Positions 25,050 through 32,000 of a stretch of DNA of 32,000 nt are shown here, piece by piece. Under the pieces are notes generated by a model that was not told where the DNA came from, did not search any database, and worked only from the letters and a program-made list of their open reading frames with translations. The first letter of the stretch is position 1, and each line of letters opens with the position of its first letter. This stretch comes from Candidatus Saccharimonadota bacterium (lineage in GTDB: Bacteria; Patescibacteriota; Saccharimonadia; Saccharimonadales; UBA4665): the NCBI GenBank assembly GCA_002952755.1, contig CP025011.1, positions 1,080,001 to 1,112,000 of the forward strand, given 5' to 3'. The translations under genes were made by a program, and so were the position numbers.

Positions 25050-25152
25050 GGCAACTACCCCACCCCCTCCAAGTAGAGCGTTACACGCAGGCCGACTAAA
25101 GTCGGTCTGGTTGCACTACGCTTGACTCTACTTGGGGGGTGGGGTAGTTGCC
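25050..25152 (+). ncRNA. Candidate structured RNA, copy 2: 27-bp stem (one 2-nt bulge) around the same conserved core
   Basis: 25050-25078 pairs with 25126-25152. The core 25073-25131 is identical to 4052-4111 apart from the apical loop (TAAA versus CTCAG). The outer arms are unrelated to those of copy 1. Confidence 0.45.
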
Positions 25153-25209
25153 CAGCTCCCAGCTAAACGTGGGAAGCTGATTATACCGCAGTAATCAAAA
25201 AGGTGATAA

Positions 25210-25240
25210 TTGACCATTTCTTCAGCAAAAACCGTATAAT
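25210..25240 (+). promoter_or_regulatory. Promoter of the LCP gene (TTGACC-19 nt-TATAAT)
   Basis: TTGACC at 25210-25215 and TATAAT at 25235-25240. ATG 25249 follows 8 nt later with no SD. The spacer is slightly long. Confidence 0.45.
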
Positions 25241-25248
25241 GGACCAGT

Positions 25249-26475
25249 ATGATGCACCGTAAAAAGGCGAAGTCTGTGACGCGCAACGAACGACCGGCAA
25301 ATCTGTTGGACCTCAATCGTTCGTTACCCAACTACACCTACCATCCCGGCGCTAGTCCAGCCATGAAGCGTGTGGCCGAACCGCCGAAACGTCGTTTTTC
25401 GTGGAAGAAATTCGCCAAATGGTCGGGTGTTTCTATCGGCATAGGCGTATTGCTTGTTGGCGGCTGGGTTGGCTGGAAACTGCTCCATAACGAACTGAAG
25501 ATTTTTGGCTGGAAGGGCATAATTAGCATCGTCAAGCCGGTCAAACTGAAAGGGGAAGATACCGGACATGTGACAATTCTGCTGGCTGGCAACTCGGCAG
25601 ACGATCCGGGCCATAACGGCGCTGATCTCACTGACTCGATTATGCTCATCAGCCTAAATACTACTACCAAAACCGGTTTTATGCTGAGCGTCCCACGCGA
25701 CTTATACGTTACAATACCAAACCTTGGATCAGGGAAGATAAATGAAGTATACGAAGACGGCGAACGGACCAAGTTTAGCCAGCCTGGCTATGCCGCCGAT
25801 GGCATGGGACTCCTCGAAGAAGTTGTCTCTCAGAACTTTAGCATTCCCATTAACTACTATGGGTTAGTCGACTATAGTGCCGTACGTCAAGCTGTTGACG
25901 CCTTGGGCGGCGTACAGATCAACGTTCAAAGCACCGATCCACGCGGCGTATACGACCCCAGCCCCGACCTCAGCAATAACTACCAACCACTCGTCAAGCT
26001 CACCAATGGCGTCCACACCTTAAACGGCACGCAGGCGCTCGGCCTGGCCCGGGCCCGCGGTGACGCGTACGGCGCATATGGATACGCCCAAAGCGACTTT
26101 ACGCGCACCCAATACCAACGCCAGGTGTTGCTGGCTATTAAAGACAAGGTGTTCTCATTGGGAACTCTGTCCAACCCCGTTAAGCTCGGTAATCTTTTTG
26201 ATTCGTTCGGCAGTAATGTCAAAACCGACATGACCTTGGCTGAAGTGAATCGCTTCTACTCGCTTACCAAAGATATCCCCAACGCGAAGATTGCTTCTGC
26301 CGGCCTCAATAATGCCAACGGCAAAAACCTGCTCGCAGGTTACACGACCGGCTCAGGCCAAAGTGCACTCGTCCCCCAGCTCGGTGCCGACAACTATAGC
26401 GACATCCAAGCATTCGTAAATCAATTGTCTAATCCGCCTGCAACCACTCAAAGTACACCCACGACAAAGAGGTAA
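25249..26475 (+). CDS. LytR-CpsA-Psr (LCP) family cell-envelope polymer ligase
   Basis: An N-terminal TM anchor, then VTILLAGNSADD...DLTDSIMLISLN...FMLSVPRDLYVTIP...GKINEVYEDG, which matches the LCP core motifs. Confidence 0.85.
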   Translation: MMHRKKAKSVTRNERPANLLDLNRSLPNYTYHPGASPAMKRVAEPPKRRFSWKKFAKWSGVSIGIGVLLVGGWVGWKLLHNELKIFGWKGIISIVKPVKLKGEDTGHVTILLAGNSADDPGHNGADLTDSIMLISLNTTTKTGFMLSVPRDLYVTIPNLGSGKINEVYEDGERTKFSQPGYAADGMGLLEEVVSQNFSIPINYYGLVDYSAVRQAVDALGGVQINVQSTDPRGVYDPSPDLSNNYQPLVKLTNGVHTLNGTQALGLARARGDAYGAYGYAQSDFTRTQYQRQVLLAIKDKVFSLGTLSNPVKLGNLFDSFGSNVKTDMTLAEVNRFYSLTKDIPNAKIASAGLNNANGKNLLAGYTTGSGQSALVPQLGADNYSDIQAFVNQLSNPPATTQSTPTTKR

Positions 26476-26522
26476 TAATTGTTACGCGGGCAACTGCAGG
26501 AACACAGTATAGTATCACTTAT

Positions 26523-27191
26523 ATGGACATGCATTATTCTGCCCCAACTCCTGATTGGGAAGACATACAACCACAGGGACGTAACAATTGGCAACGACTA
26601 GCCGCCAAAACCAACGGCAGCCTCACTCCCGGCAATATCATAAGCGTTGTCGGTCTGGCGCTGGTGTGCCTTGGCGCCGCCGATATGTCGCTCAGGCATC
26701 TGTGGCGAGGAATAAGCATTGTCGTCGTCGGACGGCTCGCCGATATAGCAGATGGCCTGGTTGCTAATCGCACTGGCACCAAAAGCACCCTTGGCGAAGC
26801 GGTTGATGCCACCTGCGACAAAATCGGTGCCTTTACCGTATTGGTTGTATTCGCCGTAAAAGGGTTTGCCTGGTGGCCAGCCCCGTTGGCTATTGGGGTA
26901 TATAACGTCATCAATAGCAGTATTGGGCTTCTGGCCAAACGTCGGCGTATTGCCATACACCCCAGACGGTCAGGCAAGCTGTCTGCAGCAGGTCAGTGGC
27001 TTGCCTTATTCGGTTTGGCCGCTTCCACGGCATTACATCAATCGCACTGGAGCGGACTATCGATTGCTTCTCTGGCCGTACTCGTTATTGCGCTTGGACT
27101 AGGGTGCTATGCAACGGCCCTCTACATCAAAACCTATTTTAGGTGGGACGCTTCTCCGGATACGCCGATAAAAACAAACAGCCGATTATGA
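26523..27191 (+). CDS. CDP-alcohol phosphatidyltransferase family protein
   Basis: DIADGLVANRTGTKSTLGEAVDATCDK fits DGx2ARx8Gx3Dx3D, with N-R in place of A-R. It is a multi-TM protein. Confidence 0.7.
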   Translation: MDMHYSAPTPDWEDIQPQGRNNWQRLAAKTNGSLTPGNIISVVGLALVCLGAADMSLRHLWRGISIVVVGRLADIADGLVANRTGTKSTLGEAVDATCDKIGAFTVLVVFAVKGFAWWPAPLAIGVYNVINSSIGLLAKRRRIAIHPRRSGKLSAAGQWLALFGLAASTALHQSHWSGLSIASLAVLVIALGLGCYATALYIKTYFRWDASPDTPIKTNSRL

Positions 27192-27200
27192 CATGCCTAC

Positions 27201-28031
27201 TTATGCAGCGCCTTTGTGGGTAAACAACACGCGCAGTATACCGCCCATCACTAGTACACAGCCGGTTAGCAGAACAGGCACAAAACCAGTGCGCGTTCGA
27301 TCATCTAAAAAGAGCAAACCTAAAATCGTAGGTACAAGCGTCTGAGCTGCGACCATCGCTGCGTTAATGATCGTGGCCGAACCTCGTTGCAAGGCCATCG
27401 TAAAAAGCAGGATGCCGATCAGCGCATACACCGCCAGAGCGACAGCAGTTGGAGTGTATACTACATGCCAATAGGGGCGGGGGATACTAAGTACCCGGCC
27501 ACAAATCGACGTGCCGCCGAACCCTAAGCCACTGAGCAAAGCCAGCCCAATCGTAGCTTTGCTGCTCCGTATGCGCACTAGAAAGAGCGCGGCAAGCGCT
27601 AAGACGATTGGGCCGCCTACGACCACCCAAGTCATGACGACCGTCAGACTTGGACCCGGCGAAGGCTGCGCAGCTGCTCCCAAGAGTGTTAGGCCAGTGA
27701 GCACCAAGCCCACCGCCCAGTAGGTTTGACTACGCATACGATGTTTAAGCACAAACCGGTCAATGAGCGCCGTCGCCACCACACTCGACGCGATTACGGA
27801 TTGCGCCAGAAAAAGTGGCAACGTTCGCACGGCGAATAACTCGCTGGCGCCACCGATGAGATCCAACACAATACTAAAAAAATAGAGCTCATTTTGTATC
27901 AAGCGCACTAATAACCCGAGACTAAGTGAGGGGGCCTGTTTTTCACGGCTGGCGGTCATTTTCTGCAAAATCGTTGCCACACTGTTGCACAGCGCGCAAA
28001 GAAAAGCTGCGGCTAAAGCAGGATAAAACAT
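27201..28031 (-). CDS. DMT-superfamily (EamA/NIPA-like) membrane transporter
   Basis: About nine or ten hydrophobic helices. I chose the start at M13 of the track ORF (MFYPALAAAF...); the first 12 codons look non-native. The family call is by topology and general resemblance. Confidence 0.5.
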   Translation of the reverse strand: MFYPALAAAFLCALCNSVATILQKMTASREKQAPSLSLGLLVRLIQNELYFFSIVLDLIGGASELFAVRTLPLFLAQSVIASSVVATALIDRFVLKHRMRSQTYWAVGLVLTGLTLLGAAAQPSPGPSLTVVMTWVVVGGPIVLALAALFLVRIRSSKATIGLALLSGLGFGGTSICGRVLSIPRPYWHVVYTPTAVALAVYALIGILLFTMALQRGSATIINAAMVAAQTLVPTILGLLFLDDRTRTGFVPVLLTGCVLVMGGILRVLFTHKGAA

Positions 28032-28111
28032 CTCTTTGTAGTGTAACAGAGAAGCACAAGCGCACATGCTTCAAAAAGCACCCAAAGGATCCCGCATGCT
28101 ACACTAAGCAC

Positions 28112-29143
28112 ATGCTTCGCACGCTTACTGCCGCCTTTCTTTTAGCTGTGATGCCCAGCAGCAGTAACTATGTATTACATTCCTATGATTTCGGCAACGG
28201 GTCTGGGACAGCAAGTGGTACAACCTACAAAATGAACGGCACGGTTGGACGACCGTCCGGTGCGCTCAGTAGCGCGACATATATGCTGCCGGCTGGCATT
28301 AAGGCGTCCACCTCTGTATCAGCACCGGCCGCGCCGACATTCATAAACGCGAGCAACAACTACGACCGTTTACACCTTACACTCGCCACTAGCTCACTCC
28401 CCAGTGATACGAAATATTTGATAGCCATTAGTAGCGATGGCTTTGCCACAGCTAAGTACGTACAAACGGACAACACTATTGGCAGCGTAGTCAATATCAA
28501 CAATTACCAAGTGTATGCGGCGTGGGGCGGTGCAAGTGGTTTTTCTATACTCGGCTTAGCCAGCAACACTACCTATAGCGTCAAAGTTGCCGCGCTACAG
28601 GGAAGTAACACCGGCAGTGGCTTTGGACCAATTGCCAGCGCCGCCACCGTGTCGCCAACCGTCACGTTGGCGCTTTCCACCTCGCTCACTAGTACACCAC
28701 CATTCACCACTACTTTTAGCAGCTTGGCCCCAGGCACGCCAATAAACGGGAATGCCACACTTATTGCTGCCATCACCACGAACGCTATAAATGGAGGAGC
28801 GTTGGCGATATATGATCAATTTGGCGGACTCAAGAGTACGGCCGCCAATTACACATTGGCCTCGGCCAGCGCCAACTTATCTGTGGCGCAAAATGGTTAC
28901 GGGGCGCAAGTGACCACGGCTACGCAAACCAGTGGTGGGCCAATAGTTTCGGCAAGCCCCTATAATGGCTCAGGCAATACTGTTGGTGCGCTCACCACCA
29001 GTCAACAAACGCTCGCATCATTTAGTAATCCTATTACCAATGGAAATATTACGACGGCATTAATTGCTAAAACAGATAGTTCCGTGCCATCAGCGGGCGA
29101 TTATGCCGACACCGTAACGCTCTCTCTGTCGCCCCTCTTTTAG
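28112..29143 (+). CDS. Secreted surface protein: signal peptide, FN3-like module, C-terminal beta-rich domain (paralogue of 29229-30287)
   Basis: The start at M63 of the track ORF (MLRTLTAAFLLAVMP...) lies 6 nt after TACACT. LGLASNTTYSVKVAAL looks like the end of an FN3 module. TTNAINGG...GLKSTAANYTLAS and the terminal GDYADTVTLSLSPLF are shared with the next protein. Confidence 0.55.
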   Translation: MLRTLTAAFLLAVMPSSSNYVLHSYDFGNGSGTASGTTYKMNGTVGRPSGALSSATYMLPAGIKASTSVSAPAAPTFINASNNYDRLHLTLATSSLPSDTKYLIAISSDGFATAKYVQTDNTIGSVVNINNYQVYAAWGGASGFSILGLASNTTYSVKVAALQGSNTGSGFGPIASAATVSPTVTLALSTSLTSTPPFTTTFSSLAPGTPINGNATLIAAITTNAINGGALAIYDQFGGLKSTAANYTLASASANLSVAQNGYGAQVTTATQTSGGPIVSASPYNGSGNTVGALTTSQQTLASFSNPITNGNITTALIAKTDSSVPSAGDYADTVTLSLSPLF

Positions 29144-29228
29144 TTCAGTTTTATTTAATATGGCACTTGCTTTTGTTCGTAAAAGCCTCCATACTACGCG
29201 CATACATAAGCAACATCAGGGGGATTAG

Positions 29229-30287
29229 ATGTTACGCACAATTAGACAACAAAATACGATAAAAAAGGTGAGCTTTTACTCCCTTTCTGCACTGCTTGCC
29301 TTCTCGGCTGTTGCTTTGGTGATTCAGCCTGAAGCGGCACATGCGGTAACGCTGAATAAAGTGCTCGTCCGTTTCGACCGCTTGCAGATTTCGCAAGGCA
29401 CCACTGGCACTGTTTGTGCGCAGCCTACCTCAACTGCAACCGAAGCAAGTGTGCAAGTTGTCTTCCCAACAGGTTACACGCTCGGGGCAGCTGGCACATT
29501 CACAGTAAACACAACCAACTTGAACTGGCCAACGGGCGGGACAGCCTGGACAGGAATCGGCACCGCGAATAACGTCACTTCGCAAACTGTTACATTCCCC
29601 AGCGGCGATCTTGCCAGCACGAGCACGCTTTACTGTTTTAACTGGACAAACACGGCTGCAGTAACCGTTAAGTCGAGCGCTACCAGCAGTAATGCCGGTA
29701 CGGTTACAACCCAAACCAGCGTACCAGCGCCCATAGATACTGGCTCCTATAGCACCGTGAGCTTGGCCAGCGACCAGATTGGCGTCTCGGCTTCTGTACC
29801 CCAGGCATTCACTTTTGCCCTTAGCAGTACAACCGACACGCTTGGTGCACTTTCAACGTCGAGCGTCGTCAGCAGCAGCTCTGCACCGACTATAACGGTT
29901 AATACCAACGCCAAGAATGGCTGGACGGCTTGGGGGCAGGATGCCAACACTGGCTTAAAATCGGTAAGCGCTGGCAACTACACCATCGCCTCAAAAACCC
30001 CAGGCACTAATAGCACGCTCGTTGCAGGGACCGAATTCGCTAACCTTGGTGTAACCACTTCACAAACCGGCGGCACCGGCACGCTGGCTGCCGACGCTGC
30101 ATTCCTTGGCGGCGGCACCGGCAAAGGTGGCGGCCTTGACACGACACTCCGCACCATCGCCAGCTCAAACGGCACTGCCAATAACGCTGTTTTGACGCTT
30201 ACCAATAACGCTGTCGTCAGCGCCACCACTCCCGCAGCCACCGATTATAGTGATACCATCACCATGGTCGGCGCGGCATTGTTTTAG
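29229..30287 (+). CDS. Secreted surface protein, paralogous C-terminal domain (WxL-like?)
   Basis: GGGGGA RBS. The signal peptide ends AAHA/V. NTNAKNGWTAW...GLKSVSAGNYTIAS and the terminal TDYSDTITMVGAALF parallel the previous protein. Confidence 0.55.
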   Translation: MLRTIRQQNTIKKVSFYSLSALLAFSAVALVIQPEAAHAVTLNKVLVRFDRLQISQGTTGTVCAQPTSTATEASVQVVFPTGYTLGAAGTFTVNTTNLNWPTGGTAWTGIGTANNVTSQTVTFPSGDLASTSTLYCFNWTNTAAVTVKSSATSSNAGTVTTQTSVPAPIDTGSYSTVSLASDQIGVSASVPQAFTFALSSTTDTLGALSTSSVVSSSSAPTITVNTNAKNGWTAWGQDANTGLKSVSAGNYTIASKTPGTNSTLVAGTEFANLGVTTSQTGGTGTLAADAAFLGGGTGKGGGLDTTLRTIASSNGTANNAVLTLTNNAVVSATTPAATDYSDTITMVGAALF

Positions 30288-30329
30288 GGCGAACCCCTAA
30301 AGTACTTCAAATCATAAGAGAGCAGTGTA

Positions 30330-31382
30330 ATGTCCAACCATGTTTCACAATGGTTGCGTATGGGTGGTGTATGGCTATTAGGAGTTTTAGCCATACTCTA
30401 CTCGTTCTACCCGGCAACGGCTCAAGCAACAGGCAGTGATTTTAATATACAGGTGGCGCCTTCGCCCCTCACAATCACACTCACACCTGGTCAAATGCAG
30501 AGCACCAGCCTGGTAGTGCGTAACTTTTCCAGCCACGACGAAACGCTTCGGCCCAGTCTAAGCGGTTTTCGTATTGATAGTGTTAGCCAGAAGATTACCC
30601 TCTTGAGCGCTCCGCCGGCCAATATGGCTAACTGGGTACACTTTAAACAGTCGGACCTAACGCTGGCACCAGGCACCGGCAAAAACCTAGATATCATTTT
30701 TGACACCCCAAAGGATGTCGGCTTTAGTTACGCAGCCGCCATTACGCTTACTCGCGCCAACACAGTCGCGAGGGCCGATGCAACCAACCTGAGAGGGGCA
30801 GTAGCAGTGTTTTGCCTTGCCAACATTAATCGTCCGGACGCCAAAAGCGCAGTAGCCATCACTAGTCTGAGCTCAGATAAATCATCCTACGAATTCCTAC
30901 CTGCAACATTTCATCTTAGCTTAAAGAATACCGGCAACGTGATTAGCCAACCTACCGGAACTATCTTCATACAGCGCTCATTTTCTGATGCGACGCCAAT
31001 TGCCTCGCTGCCCATTAACAGCACCGGCGGTTACGTTCTACCCGATACAACCCGCAGTTTTTCGTCAAGTTGGCAAAATGGTTTTCCAGCGTATGTTGCC
31101 AACCCGGCGCTTTCGGGCCAATCGGCCACTAATCACTTAAATTGGAACTGGTCTCATCTCAGCCAGCTCCGCTTTGGGCGTTATGTTGCGAAAGCAGTCA
31201 TCATATACAACGATGGGCATAGCGACGTGCCCGTGATTGCCAGCACATCATTTTGGGTGATTCCATGGCGCCTTATAGGGTTCGGGCTGCTGCTGCTCAT
31301 CGTCTTAGGCACCGGCCTTTACGCATGGGGTCGTTTCGCCTTTAAAAGCGTGCAGAAAGTGCAACGTCGTGGGCATAAATAA
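30330..31382 (+). CDS. Cell-surface protein, DUF916/DUF3324-like, with C-terminal TM anchor
   Basis: A signal peptide, then DFNIQVAPSPLTITLTPGQMQSTSLVVRNFS (the pattern of the DUF916 N-terminus), a second Ig-like half, and the C-terminal WRLIGFGLLLLIVLGTGLYAW plus a basic tail. Confidence 0.55.
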   Translation: MSNHVSQWLRMGGVWLLGVLAILYSFYPATAQATGSDFNIQVAPSPLTITLTPGQMQSTSLVVRNFSSHDETLRPSLSGFRIDSVSQKITLLSAPPANMANWVHFKQSDLTLAPGTGKNLDIIFDTPKDVGFSYAAAITLTRANTVARADATNLRGAVAVFCLANINRPDAKSAVAITSLSSDKSSYEFLPATFHLSLKNTGNVISQPTGTIFIQRSFSDATPIASLPINSTGGYVLPDTTRSFSSSWQNGFPAYVANPALSGQSATNHLNWNWSHLSQLRFGRYVAKAVIIYNDGHSDVPVIASTSFWVIPWRLIGFGLLLLIVLGTGLYAWGRFAFKSVQKVQRRGHK

Positions 31383-32000
31383 ACAATCGTTCGTCGGAAT
31401 CGTAGTACTAGTTTCTGTTTTTGGACTCGCATCCAGCCGGCAAGCAGCAGCTGCCACATCACCCGGCATCACAGTTACGCCTGCCACCTTTAGACTTGAG
31501 CTTAAGCACGGCCAGATTCAAAACCAAACAAGTTTTACGTTGACTAATGGCTATACATCCAGCATTGCGCTCCACTTCTCCTTCAAAACTTCGCCGAACA
31601 ACGTATCGTCAGACAGTAATGCTGACCCTGCAGGCCAGCTGTCCATCGCTACTCCTGATATCACCATCCAACCACACGACTCGATCACCCAAACAGTTAC
31701 CCTCAGCGACAGTCGGCTACTTGCTCCAGGGAGTCAACTAGTGGATTTAGTGGTATCTGAAGTATCGCCAGGTACCAGGGCCATCAGTACGGTCCCGAGT
31801 ATCCGCTTGCCGGTCGTTATCATCAAAGATGACGGTGCTTTTACAAGGCTTACCGCCACAACCTTACCAATTGGCGGTATCCGCACAGGCTTACCGCGCG
31901 CCTTAAGCGTTACCATTCGCAATACGGGCAATGTCGTAACTGCCCCGCACGGCGCTGCGATTATTACCGACGGGGCAGGAAACGAGGTGAGCAAAGGAGT
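31369..32000 (+). CDS. Second DUF916-like secreted protein, N-terminal fragment (runs off the window); absent from the ORF track
   Basis: GTG 31369 is the first start after the in-frame stop at 31306-31308. My translation gives VGINKQSFVGIVVLVSVFGLASSRQAAAATSPGITVTPATFRLELKHGQIQNQTSFTLTN..., and the frame stays open to 32000. This is the same N-terminal pattern as the previous gene, and it overlaps that gene by 14 nt. Confidence 0.5.
   Translation, partial: MGINKQSFVGIVVLVSVFGLASSRQAAAATSPGITVTPATFRLELKHGQIQNQTSFTLTNGYTSSIALHFSFKTSPNNVSSDSNADPAGQLSIATPDITIQPHDSITQTVTLSDSRLLAPGSQLVDLVVSEVSPGTRAISTVPSIRLPVVIIKDDGAFTRLTATTLPIGGIRTGLPRALSVTIRNTGNVVTAPHGAAIITDGAGNEVSKG

Noticed and set aside
4029-25152. 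The two hairpin copies as attL/attR of a 21-kb integrated element
   Set aside because: After site-specific recombination the flanks would be swapped between copies. Here each copy's left arm is complementary to its own right arm. There is also no integrase, and the intervening genes include housekeeping rnj.
26534-26977. 147-aa and 120-aa - strand ORFs
   Set aside because: They are antisense to the CDP-alcohol phosphatidyltransferase gene, which carries the family motif. This is a GC-rich region artefact.
27926-28111. 62-codon N-terminal extension of the first surface protein (GTG start)
   Set aside because: It overlaps the divergent transporter gene start and encodes a basic, Cys-rich non-native-looking peptide. 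The signal peptide begins at M63.
28573-30241. Several 60-95-aa antisense ORFs inside the surface-protein genes
   Set aside because: They are typical open antisense frames of Ala/Thr/Gly-rich coding sequence and have no start context.
31547-31994. Track ORFs 31547-31741 (+) and 31734-31994 (-)
   Set aside because: Both overlap the GTG-initiated frame from 31369. That frame has a signal peptide and the same N-terminal domain pattern as the preceding gene.
1-32000. Search for tRNA, rRNA, CRISPR arrays, transposase or integrase genes and obvious defence-system enzymes
   Set aside because: I saw no T-loop (GGTTCGAATCC-like) or anticodon-arm pattern, no spaced direct repeats, and no DDE, tyrosine or serine recombinase, nuclease-helicase or RT motifs in any long ORF. 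An eye scan of 32 kb is not exhaustive.

Overview
No tools were run. All calls come from reading the sequence and ORF track and matching motifs from memory. The window is a gene-dense bacterial chromosomal segment of about 35 CDS on both strands. I recognised no rRNA, tRNA, CRISPR array, integrase or transposase. Many small membrane or secreted proteins of unknown function, monoderm-type envelope genes (LCP ligase, GtrA/GT2/GT-C, WxL/DUF916-like surface proteins) and many apparently leaderless genes suggest a small-genome monoderm, possibly Patescibacteria/Saccharibacteria-like; this is inference only. Recognisable genes are RNase J, a pentapeptide-repeat protein, a TetR regulator with its operator, a HAD-IIB hydrolase, a Nudix-like protein, two HIT-like proteins, a LytR-CpsA-Psr ligase, a CDP-alcohol phosphatidyltransferase and a DMT-type transporter. 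Five things deserve a second look. (1) A conserved 55-nt core sits inside two very long hairpins (4029-4134 and 25050-25152); their outer arms are unrelated in sequence but each self-complementary, which suggests a structured RNA. (2) A 168-nt nested quasi-palindrome (2903-3070) contains the start codon of one gene and a mirrored copy of that start. (3) A visibly AT-richer five-gene island (about 8.8-14.8 kb) has two divergent operons and carries a very atypical arginyl-tRNA-synthetase-like protein, a class IV aminotransferase, a Gfo/Idh/MocA-like oxidoreductase, an unknown protein and an intact HIT hydrolase. (4) A polyprenyl-phosphate-sugar type glycosylation locus (GT-C, GT2, GtrA) contains a translationally coupled GMC flavoprotein plus SDR pair. 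(5) A four-gene secreted or anchored surface-protein locus runs off the right edge of the window.
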